From Candidatus Poseidoniaceae archaeon (GTDB taxonomy: Archaea; Thermoplasmatota; Poseidoniia; Poseidoniales; Poseidoniaceae), in assembly GCA_965662895.1 (NCBI GenBank), contig CBFIJH010000006.1, positions 32,001 to 96,000 on the forward strand: a DNA stretch of 64,000 nucleotides. The letters run 5' to 3'. The translations under genes were made by a program, and so were the position numbers. Below are positions 48,122 to 58,000 of the stretch, one piece after another (the stretch's first letter is position 1; the number at the start of each line of letters is the position of its first letter). The notes under the pieces are model-generated. The model was not told the DNA's origin. It worked only from the letters and a program-made list of their open reading frames with translations, and did no database searches.

Positions 48122-50083
48122 TCACTCTTCTTCAGATACGCCTGAACGAACACGTGCAATTGCAATATCAAGTTCAGGTAGGTTTACGCGACCATCACCA
48201 TCAAGATCGACAAATTCCATCAGCTTGGCAATGTCCCAAGGAGGTAAGTCTGCAATTTCTGCATTTCGCAATGCTTGCTGGAGTTCATATCCGTCAATGA
48301 GTCCAGAGTCGTCCAAGTCAATTGAGCGGAAGAATTCGAAGATACTGATTTCCTTCTTTTCAAGATAGTCCGACAGCATTTCAAGTTCATTCTTCTCCAC
48401 AGGGAATTCATCGATTTCATCATCATGCAATGTTGAGGAGACTTCAATAATCGTCATACCGCCTTCGTCTTCAACATCCGACCCAATTACAAGAATTGTG
48501 TCGACGCCGACACCGCGCTGCAAGAGTTTACGAATCGAGGATTCACCAGGCTGCATTGAGTAACGAGAGATGTCCGAGGTCGTCGAGACCGATGTATCGA
48601 CTTTCATACCACCAATCGAGGTGCGAATGAGATTGAGGAACAGCAGGATGACACCGATGGAACCAAAATAAAACAAAACAGCTGCAGTAAGGCTGAAGCC
48701 ACCATCTGTCATAACGACATCTTCACTTCCGGAATCAAGAAGAGCTTTTTCTGTGAAGTCTCCCATGAGCTTCGCCACCGTTGATGTTACGCCACCGAAA
48801 GCAATCAACATCGTTGAGAGTGAGGCAGATGAAGGGGAAGCAAGTTGGCGATCTCCCGCAAGAGGATAGGATTCAGCAACGCAGGCAACGGCCATCAAGC
48901 CGCCAACGGTCCACATGAAGCCAATGTCAACGGTTTGAGCCATGTCGTTCAAAGCTCCAAGGCCAATGAAAACATCAAGCGAGGTGAAATAACCGCCAAG
49001 AGCGTACAATGGGAAGAATACCATGGCAAGAGTTGCGGCCAATGCACCAGGTCGTGAAACAACACCGGTTGCATTGCTGAGCGATGTCATGATGATGTTC
49101 ACAGCACCTGCCAAAATTGGAAGCAATGCAAGCGTCATCAAGATTGCACCGATGTTCTCAAGCAACGTTCCAGCATCTGCTGAAGAGAGCATGAACGGTG
49201 GAAGCGTGAAAAAGAGAAGAAGAAGGCTTGCCTTTGTCATCGAATCGGACCAAATCGGTCGGCTCGCCGCTCGTGGAACAACGTGGTAAGCCACAGCGAA
49301 GATGAGAGCAAGAAGTGTCCACGATTGAGACATACGTTCGCCTAGCCAAACGGTTTGAGTTGAATCGACAAGTTCGCCAAAGAAACGAAACTGTGAACCA
49401 AAGATAAACGATGCCAGGGCCATAAACATGAACCAGTTGCTCGCTGAAACAACCTCACCTTTTCGTTGGCCAACAGTAATCAGAACATTGATCATGACTG
49501 CGATAATGATGAAGGATCGTAGAGCATGAAGGAATAAATTTTGAATAAACGCCTCATTTGTTGCGGATAAGTCAAAAATAAGTCCAAGGATGACCGGCAG
49601 GAGCATTGATGAAATTGTTAGAACCGAAAAGAGGAGGCCAGTTAGGCTTGCATTCGCTTCGCTTGCAAGTCGACCCGCTCCTGCTCGCGCTGCAGCGACG
49701 AGCCCACCACCAATGAGAATAGACATGAGACCTGTCATCAAGGTAACATCTACGAATGTGTTGAGTGCGCTTCCGTCATCGTACTCCCAACCTATGCTTG
49801 CAAGTGAGTCAAGTGCACTCGCATCGTAATCATGCCAAAGAGCGAGGAATGTTCCAATAGCGGCAAATGTGAGCCATATCATTCCAAGATTCATCCATGT
49901 TTTGGATCCGTTTCCTCTCCCATCGTTAAACAGGTCAACAATTCCTGCTGGTGCTTTGTTCAGAAGGAAGAGGCCAAATTGACGCATCGGTGCTGCCATG
50001 TTACCAATCCCACGCTGAACGTAGTACGTAGCAAAGCCAACAACGATGAAGAAGAAAATCAGAGCGGGGAATACTGCATCCAT
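48122..50083 (-). CDS. Polytopic membrane protein with degenerate cbb3 oxidase subunit I (CcoN)-like core lacking metal ligands, plus a C-terminal EF-hand pair
   Basis: About 13 TM; CcoN-like blocks TVGQRK...SNWF, [27 protein letters not shown]; EF loops [12 protein letters not shown] and [12 protein letters not shown]. Confidence 0.8.
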   Translation of the reverse strand: [653 protein letters not shown]

Positions 50084-50093
50084 TCATTTCACC

Positions 50094-50366
50094 TCAATCT
50101 GCAAGAACCTCGCCTGCTAGTGTTGACACAATAGCGCCAAGTCCTATGATGAATCCGAGGAGGTAATACCAGATGCCAGAGCCGCCAAGGTTGGACATCA
50201 ATGGAACGATATCTCCAGCAACAGGGATATTGTCCCAACCAAAGATTGTACTGAACAGTCCAAACATTCCAATTGTTACGACTGAGATTAAGACGAGAAT
50301 GATACGGCTGGATGATGGTTCTGCAGTTCCGATGACTGCATCGGGGAGTTCTGTACTGTTCGACAT
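50094..50366 (-). CDS. Small 2-TM membrane protein, coupled to the CcoN-like/EF-hand gene
   Basis: Two hydrophobic helices; its TGA overlaps the GAGGTG SD of the downstream gene. Confidence 0.8.
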   Translation of the reverse strand: MSNSTELPDAVIGTAEPSSSRIILVLISVVTIGMFGLFSTIFGWDNIPVAGDIVPLMSNLGGSGIWYYLLGFIIGLGAIVSTLAGEVLAD

Positions 50367-50467
50367 TATGGGCCCTCATGTGCCTAAGTTGGACATGCTT
50401 GCGACTCAAAGCGCGGTGATAAACATTCACCAAGAGCGCCATTGAAGGATTGAATAAATCGTGTCCA

Positions 50468-51634
50468 TCAGGGAGAGCGAAGAATTTCAGTAAGTGAGCC
50501 ACGTCGTGGCATTGAGGTTCCGAGTGGAACAGGGATTGAACGGTCGTTCAGAAGTTCCTGATTCCAGCGACCTTTGCACGTACAATCCAAGCCTTGGAAC
50601 TCATCCAGAGAACCTGAAACCGCATACCGCTCGATTGCAGCGACAACCTCTGAATCGCACTCACCACAATTGTGAGATCCTCGGATTTTACCTCCAGCTG
50701 TTGGGTGTATAATAAGACGTGAAATTTGATCATCATCTCCGTTCTTACCACCATTTGGATGTACAATGTGATGGCTTTGCTGGATAAGCTCCACCAACGA
50801 CCATAGCCACGGTGGCCGGTATTCCCGATGTCGGTGAAGCCGATCAATGATTGTTCCACGTTGAATATTCATTGGATTAATCGAGATTTCATCGCTCCGT
50901 TCGGCAACTGCAGCGATCCAATGAATGCAATGATCAAGCGCATCTGCTTCGCTCATAAATGGAGGTTTGAACATCAAATAGGTCTTGACTCGGAGTTTAA
51001 ATTTCCTGAGTCGTTCAACTGCACGATCCCACGAAGCAACCGAAAATCCCTTGTTCACGTGGAACCGAAGTACTTCATCATCATACGCTTCAAGTCCAAT
51101 TGCAACGGTAAAATTTGGATTGATTGATGTCGCCCATTCCAATTTCTCTTCTGTCAGTTGTTCAGTACGACTTTCCACGATAAGTTCTTTTCCGAGGTCA
51201 AAACAATCTCGGAGAACTGTTTCTTGAAAATCAACTGGAATTTCTCGGTCCTCAAGCAAAGACCCGGAAGTGTACACCTTCACCATCGCATGATTTTCGA
51301 AATTGTTGAACTTCTCCTTTGCATGCTGCCACTGTGCGTGGAGATCCTCGCTGTTCACATCGTCTCGAGTATCATTGAAGTAGCCACAAAACGTGCAACC
51401 GGATGACCACCACCAGTGACATCCTTTCGTTCGAAGAATAACTGTTACAGCACTACATGGCTCACCATGGATTGTCATTTCGGGTGTTGAATAGACCGTC
51501 GCAGGGAAGGATGCATCCCAGGACTGCTGGCGCTCCTTCGCCCATGGTGTATTTGCTGGTGCTTTCACAAGATCATGAATCTTGAGACTTTTTGAGTCTT
51601 CGCCGAGCATGGTAAGGCCTTTGCCCGATGACAT
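50468..51634 (-). CDS. Archaeosine biosynthesis radical SAM protein RaSEA (TIGR01210-like)
   Basis: ILRTKGCHWWWSSGCTFCGY, VKVYTSGS, VESR, AIGLE, KPPF, YRPPWLWS, RGSHNCGEC...CTC. Confidence 0.92.
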   Translation of the reverse strand: MSSGKGLTMLGEDSKSLKIHDLVKAPANTPWAKERQQSWDASFPATVYSTPEMTIHGEPCSAVTVILRTKGCHWWWSSGCTFCGYFNDTRDDVNSEDLHAQWQHAKEKFNNFENHAMVKVYTSGSLLEDREIPVDFQETVLRDCFDLGKELIVESRTEQLTEEKLEWATSINPNFTVAIGLEAYDDEVLRFHVNKGFSVASWDRAVERLRKFKLRVKTYLMFKPPFMSEADALDHCIHWIAAVAERSDEISINPMNIQRGTIIDRLHRHREYRPPWLWSLVELIQQSHHIVHPNGGKNGDDDQISRLIIHPTAGGKIRGSHNCGECDSEVVAAIERYAVSGSLDEFQGLDCTCKGRWNQELLNDRSIPVPLGTSMPRRGSLTEILRSP

Positions 51635-51648
51635 GGACAGCCCTCTTC

Positions 51649-52503
51649 CTATTCCTCTTCAAGGATTCGTTTGAAAATGACGTCCGAACCGGCCTTGATG
51701 AATTGACCCTTCGGATGGTCTGGATGCTTCGCTTCAGCAGAGATGACCAATGGCTCATAAAGCGCTGCAGGAACGCGAACGTCAACTCGACTTCCAAGCC
51801 GGATCATTCCATATCGCTCGCCTCGGCGTAGTTCATCCCCAATCCCTCTCCATGGAACAATCGTTCGGGCGAGTGCTCCTGAAATCTGAATCACCTCAAT
51901 TCGTTCATTATTCGAGGATTCAAGGACTGTTCGAACACGTTCATTGTACTCGCTTTCTTTTCGATACGCCGGAGCAAACGGCCCTCGAAGTTGCCCTTTT
52001 CCGGTTCGATGTTCCATTGCAACAATCGACGAAGCGAAGGGAGCACGATTAACATGAACATCGAGCGGAGACATGAAAATAGCAACACGCCAAACATCTG
52101 TTTCTTGCCCCTCATCAACCACTGGGGCGAAACGTTGTTCGGTTTCAAACAAAAGTGGATTGTTGCATGGCTGTGGGTACCAATCTCCGGTCAACTCATC
52201 GGTTTCTATACCGCCTTGTTCACGTTCAGATCGTGAAGGGCGACGCCCTGTGGAGCGCTCCCGACGTACAAACATCACATGGCCATCCGCAGGGGAAACC
52301 AATACCCCTGCATCTTGCGGAATCGGCCGGTCAGGATCTCTCCAAAAATTTGCAAAGAACACTGCAATCATAAGACATAGAACACCAAGAAGGGGCATGA
52401 GCCCGTTAAGGGGATCAAGATAGACTCCACCAACAAGAATCATGATGCCCGATATTGCGAAGGTCGCAACCGGCGCATGCCCCCCTTGGGCGAGACCTGC
52501 CAA
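51649..52503 (-). CDS. psd: Phosphatidylserine/archaetidylserine decarboxylase proenzyme
   Basis: FWRDPDR, VSPADG, IFMSPLDVHVNRAP, NER, QISGALARTI, GMIRLGSRVD autocleavage site. Confidence 0.93.
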   Translation of the reverse strand: MAGLAQGGHAPVATFAISGIMILVGGVYLDPLNGLMPLLGVLCLMIAVFFANFWRDPDRPIPQDAGVLVSPADGHVMFVRRERSTGRRPSRSEREQGGIETDELTGDWYPQPCNNPLLFETEQRFAPVVDEGQETDVWRVAIFMSPLDVHVNRAPFASSIVAMEHRTGKGQLRGPFAPAYRKESEYNERVRTVLESSNNERIEVIQISGALARTIVPWRGIGDELRRGERYGMIRLGSRVDVRVPAALYEPLVISAEAKHPDHPKGQFIKAGSDVIFKRILEEE

Positions 52504-52514
52504 GGCGTTTCACC

Positions 52515-53294
52515 TCAATTATCAGACCAAGGGTCGACGTCCGAATTCCAGGTTTCTTGTGATGAAGATTCGGAATCGTCTTCTTCGGGTTTGGTTTCTG
52601 CAGGTGGTTCCTCAGCAGCGGCTTCCGTTTCCACTCCTTCTTCGGTGCTTGCCTCTTCATCAGTTTCAGGATTTTCTGAAGTTTCTTCTTCGGTGATTGA
52701 TTCTGCTTCTTCGACAGTCATCTCTGCTGCTCGGGCCTCAACCATCTCGTCCATTCGTTCTGTAAAAGCACGAGACATGTGTTGCGATTGTCGCTCTGCT
52801 TCGACTGCGCTCTCAATCATCTCATATCGTTGCTTGATTGCTTTGTTCAAATCTTCAAACAGCGTCATGTGTGCAACATACCAATCATCCCGCGCTTTCA
52901 TTTCTGATACGGCGAGTTTCAAGTCGTTGTCAAGTTCTTCTGCGATTCCGAAGACTTTGCCAAGACGATCTTTCTCACGTGAATACTTTTCCTCCATTGT
53001 TTGAAGGGCAGGCTCAAGATGTTCAACCCGCTTGTCAGCCTTCGTCGCTTTCATTTCGAGTTCGCGAATTCGGAAATCTTTCTCAGCGATGAGGGATTCT
53101 TGTGCTTCTCGCTCGATCTCTTTGTCAATGATTTCTTTTTCAAGAACTTCGATTTCAGCTCGAGCATCAACGAGTTCTTTTTCTTGAGTTTCATAGGCTG
53201 CGAAGAGTTTTTTCAACCGGTCCGTTTCAGTGGCGAGTGCCTCTTCAAGTTGGCTGATTTGAACTTCAGGGGTGAGGGTTCCTTCTTCACTCAT
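52515..53294 (-). CDS. Acidic coiled-coil protein
   Basis: Heptad-rich residues ~10-195, E-rich disordered tail ending WNSDVDPWSDN. Confidence 0.8.
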   Translation of the reverse strand: MSEEGTLTPEVQISQLEEALATETDRLKKLFAAYETQEKELVDARAEIEVLEKEIIDKEIEREAQESLIAEKDFRIRELEMKATKADKRVEHLEPALQTMEEKYSREKDRLGKVFGIAEELDNDLKLAVSEMKARDDWYVAHMTLFEDLNKAIKQRYEMIESAVEAERQSQHMSRAFTERMDEMVEARAAEMTVEEAESITEEETSENPETDEEASTEEGVETEAAAEEPPAETKPEEDDSESSSQETWNSDVDPWSDN

Positions 53295-53381
53295 ATGTTC
53301 ACCCGGAGGAATGCCTCCATTTCAACCCAGTCGCCTTTACCCTATGAAGACGACGCTTCGTTGAGAACGAGAATACACTTC

Positions 53382-54335
53382 TCATAGCGAATCCGTCGCT
53401 TCGACTAGTGCTCGTGCGATTGGTATCTCGCCCATCGAATGGCCTGCATCAGGAATCATGTGTAAGACCGAATTTGGGAGTTGCTTGTGAAGTTCCCAAG
53501 CGCTCTTTGGAGGGCAAACCATATCATATCGGCCTTGAACAATTGTTGCTGGGATGTGGTCAATCGCTTGTGTATTCTTCAGGATGTATCCATCTTCAAC
53601 GAAAATTCCGTTGATAAAGTAATGGCATTCAATTCTTGCAAATGCTACTGCGAAGTCGAGATCTTCTGCCTTGTCAAGATATTCAGGGTCGGGAAACAGG
53701 CGACTTGTCGCCATTTCCCACCTCGTCCATTCTTTTGCTGCATTGCGTCGAACGTTGACATCTTCACTCGTCAATCGACTGTAATATGCAGGAATGAGGG
53801 TTGATTGCTCTTCTCTAGGAATGTGTTGTTGGTACGGTTCAAATGCATCTGGAAAGACATGACTTGCTCCATCTTGATAGAACCAATGCAGTTCTGATTT
53901 CCTACACATGAAAATGCCTCGAAGGATGAACGAACGGACGCGTTCTGGATGTGAAATCCCATAGATAAGCGATAATGTTGAACCCCAAGAACCCCCGAAA
54001 ACATGCCACGTATCAATGTTGAAGTGGTTGCGAAGCGCCTCGATATCAGAGACAAGGTGCATGGTCGTGTTTTCTTCAAGATCAGCATAAGGTGTTGATT
54101 TTCCACAGCCTCGTTGGTCGAACTGAATGATGTTCCATTTCTCTGGATCGAAATATTGCCGGTACGAGGGTTGGCTTCCTCCTCCAGGCCCTCCGTGAAT
54201 CACGATGACAGGTATTCCATCAGGGTTGCCAGCACATTCCCATGCAATCGTGTGTCGGTCTGAAACCGACAGCATTCCAGTCGCATATGCTTCAATTTTT
54301 GGATACAAGACGTCATCGATGGATTCTGAGCCCAT
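53382..54335 (-). CDS. pip: Prolyl aminopeptidase (S33)
   Basis: LYP, HGGPGGG, FDQRGCGKS, FGGSWGST, ARIECHYF, VQGRYD, AGHS; ATG 54335. Confidence 0.96.
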   Translation of the reverse strand: MGSESIDDVLYPKIEAYATGMLSVSDRHTIAWECAGNPDGIPVIVIHGGPGGGSQPSYRQYFDPEKWNIIQFDQRGCGKSTPYADLEENTTMHLVSDIEALRNHFNIDTWHVFGGSWGSTLSLIYGISHPERVRSFILRGIFMCRKSELHWFYQDGASHVFPDAFEPYQQHIPREEQSTLIPAYYSRLTSEDVNVRRNAAKEWTRWEMATSRLFPDPEYLDKAEDLDFAVAFARIECHYFINGIFVEDGYILKNTQAIDHIPATIVQGRYDMVCPPKSAWELHKQLPNSVLHMIPDAGHSMGEIPIARALVEATDSL

Positions 54336-54405
54336 ACTCCGACCGATGGGGATGAGGATGATGTTGCTTTCGATGCCTTTTTTGGACGTATTGACTCGCA
54401 GAAGC

Positions 54406-55032
54406 ATGAAGCAGGCAACGGACATATTCAACGACTGGGCACATCGAGGCAAAGATGAGGGTATGGAACGCGGGCATGGGCCTTCGGTCAGAGAAATGCT
54501 CGATGTTGCCATCGAACGTGTTCTTTCCAAGAACGAATCGTTTTCATTCGCTGATTTAGGATGCGGAAATGGTTGGGTTGTTCGATTGGCTGCTCAACAT
54601 GAACAGTGTGTGAAAGCGGATGGATTCGATGGTGCTGAGCACATGATCGAGAAGGCAAAAGCAGTTGATGGTAACAACGGATATCACCTTGCAATGTTTC
54701 CACAAACCAAACCTCCACAACAATACAACCTCATTCATTCTATGGAATTCATCTACTATCTGCACGACCCGAAACAGATGTTGCAAACCATTCACGATGA
54801 TTGGATGACTGAAGGAGGTTGGGCTGTCATCGGCATCGATCATTATCGCGAAAATGAGGAAAGTCTCGGTTGGCCACAAGCACTCGATGTGCACATGTCC
54901 ACCTATTCCGAGAAGGAATGGATTGCGATGTGGAACGACGTTGGCTTTACGAATATCCACGCTTGGCGAGCGAACAAGTCACCAGGCAAACCCGGAACGT
55001 TGGCCATCATTGGGATGAAAACTCAACATTGA
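54406..55032 (+). CDS. Class I SAM-dependent methyltransferase
   Basis: FADLGCGNGW, GFDGAEHMI, HSMEFIYY; ATG 54406. Confidence 0.9.
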   Translation: MKQATDIFNDWAHRGKDEGMERGHGPSVREMLDVAIERVLSKNESFSFADLGCGNGWVVRLAAQHEQCVKADGFDGAEHMIEKAKAVDGNNGYHLAMFPQTKPPQQYNLIHSMEFIYYLHDPKQMLQTIHDDWMTEGGWAVIGIDHYRENEESLGWPQALDVHMSTYSEKEWIAMWNDVGFTNIHAWRANKSPGKPGTLAIIGMKTQH

Positions 55033-58000
55033 TCCCGAGTTCCATTCCTTGTGGGCCGCACATTCTCACATCGCCTTTGAAGAACGGACATTTCTTACAG
55101 GTATCGATAAATTCCATAGGGAGGCGTTTCGGTTCAACCGTACCGTTCGGATCAGCCGTTAACTTGGCCATCCAATCAAGGAGATTGAGCAGTTCCTTTT
55201 CAGCTTCTACGAACAGTTTCTCAGGCATTTCAACGAGCCTTCCTGTAGTTGCTATGAGTAAAGCAGGAGGGCGAATCTCTCGACGTTGATCGATTGGTTT
55301 TCTCTCCTCTTGACGGCGGTAGACCAAAGAATAGAGGGTGAGTTGAAGCCTGTGATTTCGCAACATTTGATGTTCAGCATCGTTTAGTGGGGAAAACGAA
55401 AGTGGTTCTTTCAACGACTCGGCCAACGGGTGTGTTTCGAGTTGCGATTCGCGTGCACCAGAGGTTTTCAAGTCAACAACCTGCAACCATGATCGCCCTC
55501 CTTCAACACCTGCCAAGACAAGATCTGCTTGTCCTTCAAACAGCAATTTTACGGAATTGATGAGAGTTAAATGCGACTGATTGAGTTGGGTGAGGGGCGT
55601 TCGTAGGAGACCTTCAAAGTTGATATCATGATCATAAAAGAAAGAGGCTTCCGTACGCAATCCTTCGATTTGACGGCCATTCACTTCTTTGCCATCAACC
55701 ATTCTTCCCAATGCTCCATTTGTGAGGCGTTGTGCAAGTTCAATGATTCTCTCACGGGTTTGTTTTTGTTCATCATAGGAGAGACGGTGCCACTCGGGTT
55801 GCGAGTGCAATGCGTCATCAATTTCCTCGGGTGAAAGAAGACGATTGTTTTGAGCGTTCAGCCATACTGGACCAAGATCAAACTTTTCCGAGATTATTGT
55901 TGCAGGGTTGGCCAATCCAATCTCGACAAGTCTGTGAAACATCGAACCAAATGATGTTGCAGTAGGCCAACCAATCGATGTTTGTTGCAAATCTTCTCCT
56001 CCTGAGCGGTCTTTGAACTCCTCTTCTGTATGGGTCGGACTTGAATATCCTGTGATCTGAAACGGTTCGCTTTGCCAGCCTCTCATATGCGATAACCAGT
56101 ATCGACGGCGGCATGAGTTTGCAGTATCTAATCCGTGTGCAGTCATCCGGAGTAAAGGTGATTGGTGAACCAATTGTTGTTCGATTTCCGACTCCACGCT
56201 TGATTGTGCCAGTTGGTCTTCAATCGCTAACCAATTCGATAAAACAGATGTTGATGTTTGGGTTGAAAAGCAATCGGGATGATGATACATCCGTAACTGT
56301 TGAAGCGAGCCTTCCATGAACCCGCTGGTTTGGAAAAGAGCAAAGGGGTTGAATTTGAGTTCTTGCTCGCCGTATTCCTCCAAGCGTTCACCAAGTACGT
56401 CGTTTTCAAGGCTCCAAACTTGTTCATTTCCAGAGCACAGCCCCATGTATCGGAAACCGTCAAGCATCAAATCACCCATGTTGTTGCCCTTTGACTTCAC
56501 CTTCATCGTAACCATCGAATTTTCATCGATGGAGCAGGAAGCATTTGGAGAGCCAACGAAAATGAGGCGGTCTTTGACTCGCGTGAGTGCTACGTAGAAT
56601 TGGCGTCGTAGTTCCGCTTGGTTCTGGGCCCGGTTCAATTGTTCTGCTAACATCCAAAGAGCATCTTCGGGTTTGTCCTTTGATTTCCATGGCTGAATCC
56701 TTCCAGCAATGACATCGGGCGTAATGAGAACGTTGTTTTGTGCTTCAATGCTTGAACTACGGCGCCCTGCTTCAAACAGTCCAGTAACCACGACAACTGG
56801 CGCCTGCAGTCCTTTTGCACCATGGATTGTCATGATTTGAATGGCTCCACTGGTTGGTGTTGAACTCGCTTGAGGCCCCTTATTTCCAAGTGTGGAATAG
56901 GCACGCATTTGTTCTCGAATTGCTCCTGGTTCATGGCCTGTATCCGAACCAATTTTTTGAACCAATGCACACCACATCTCGGCCACCTGCCTTTCGGACT
57001 CATCGGGGAATGCAATCAACAAATCGCTGTAATCCAATACGGCGTCGAAAACCTCGTACATTGCTCCGTGTTGAACCAATTTGGAAAATGCAGTAAGAAG
57101 TGGTCCTTGTGGTTCTGAAGCGAAATATTCTGCAGAATGGAGGAAATAATTTTCCACATCGCTCGCCTCAAAAATTTCCTCAAGTTGAATGGAGGAGGCC
57201 CCGATGATTGGCGAGCGGAGAAGAGAATGCGCAGCATGTCTCGAATGAGGTTGGGCAAGGAGATCCAATACTGCCATCAATGGTTGAACCACTGGTTGTT
57301 TGAGCAACTCTCCTTGCTTATCCGCCATGACTGGTAAACCTCTCGACTGAAGACGCTCAACTAGATCAGGAATATGTTTGCGAGAATGAACCAGAATCAT
57401 GATGTCGTCAGGAGATACGCAATCTTCGGGTTCAACATCGACATATTCACCTTCTTCAGCGGACCATATACGGGTTGGTGAACCTCGAACCAAAGCATCG
57501 AGCCTTGATGCGATGAGTTCATGTTCCAAATGGCGAAGATTTGCATTTCTTGCATCATAGAGATTGTATCCTTCAAGCATATCCAAAGGCAATACCTCGG
57601 CATTTCCTTGTGTTGGAAGAAGCCATTCAATCGCTCCAACACGAGAGGTTTCACGACCTGCCTCAAGCGGTTGCGCCGTTGCATGAAAATCGCCCGGGAA
57701 CTGGTGATGTCGAGCATCGAATGTATCATCAAACATGTTATTGAGCGTACGAAGCAATCCAGGGGCTGTTCGGAAATTTGTTCGCAATTGAATGTGCCCC
57801 TCTGCGCGCTCTTGGGCACGATCATCATGCAATGCAAGCCCTGCATCATCAATGCCAAACGAAACAAAGTCCCAAGGAGCTGACTGCTCTTCTCGAGAAT
57901 AGTCGGATGCCTGAATAAACGAGCCCGATTCACCCCCTGCACCAACTGGGCGAGGGTCACGACCAAATCCTTCTCGAGTAAACGATTCCAACCTTGATTC

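Noticed and set aside
48122-50083. Annotation as a functional cbb3 cytochrome c oxidase or NO reductase
   Set aside because: All heme and CuB histidine ligands are missing and no partner cytochrome subunits are adjacent.
54205-54530. Apparent head-to-head overlap of the pip and methyltransferase ORFs
   Set aside because: Artefact of longest-ORF calling; the plausible starts (54335 minus, 54406 plus) leave a normal 70-bp divergent spacer.
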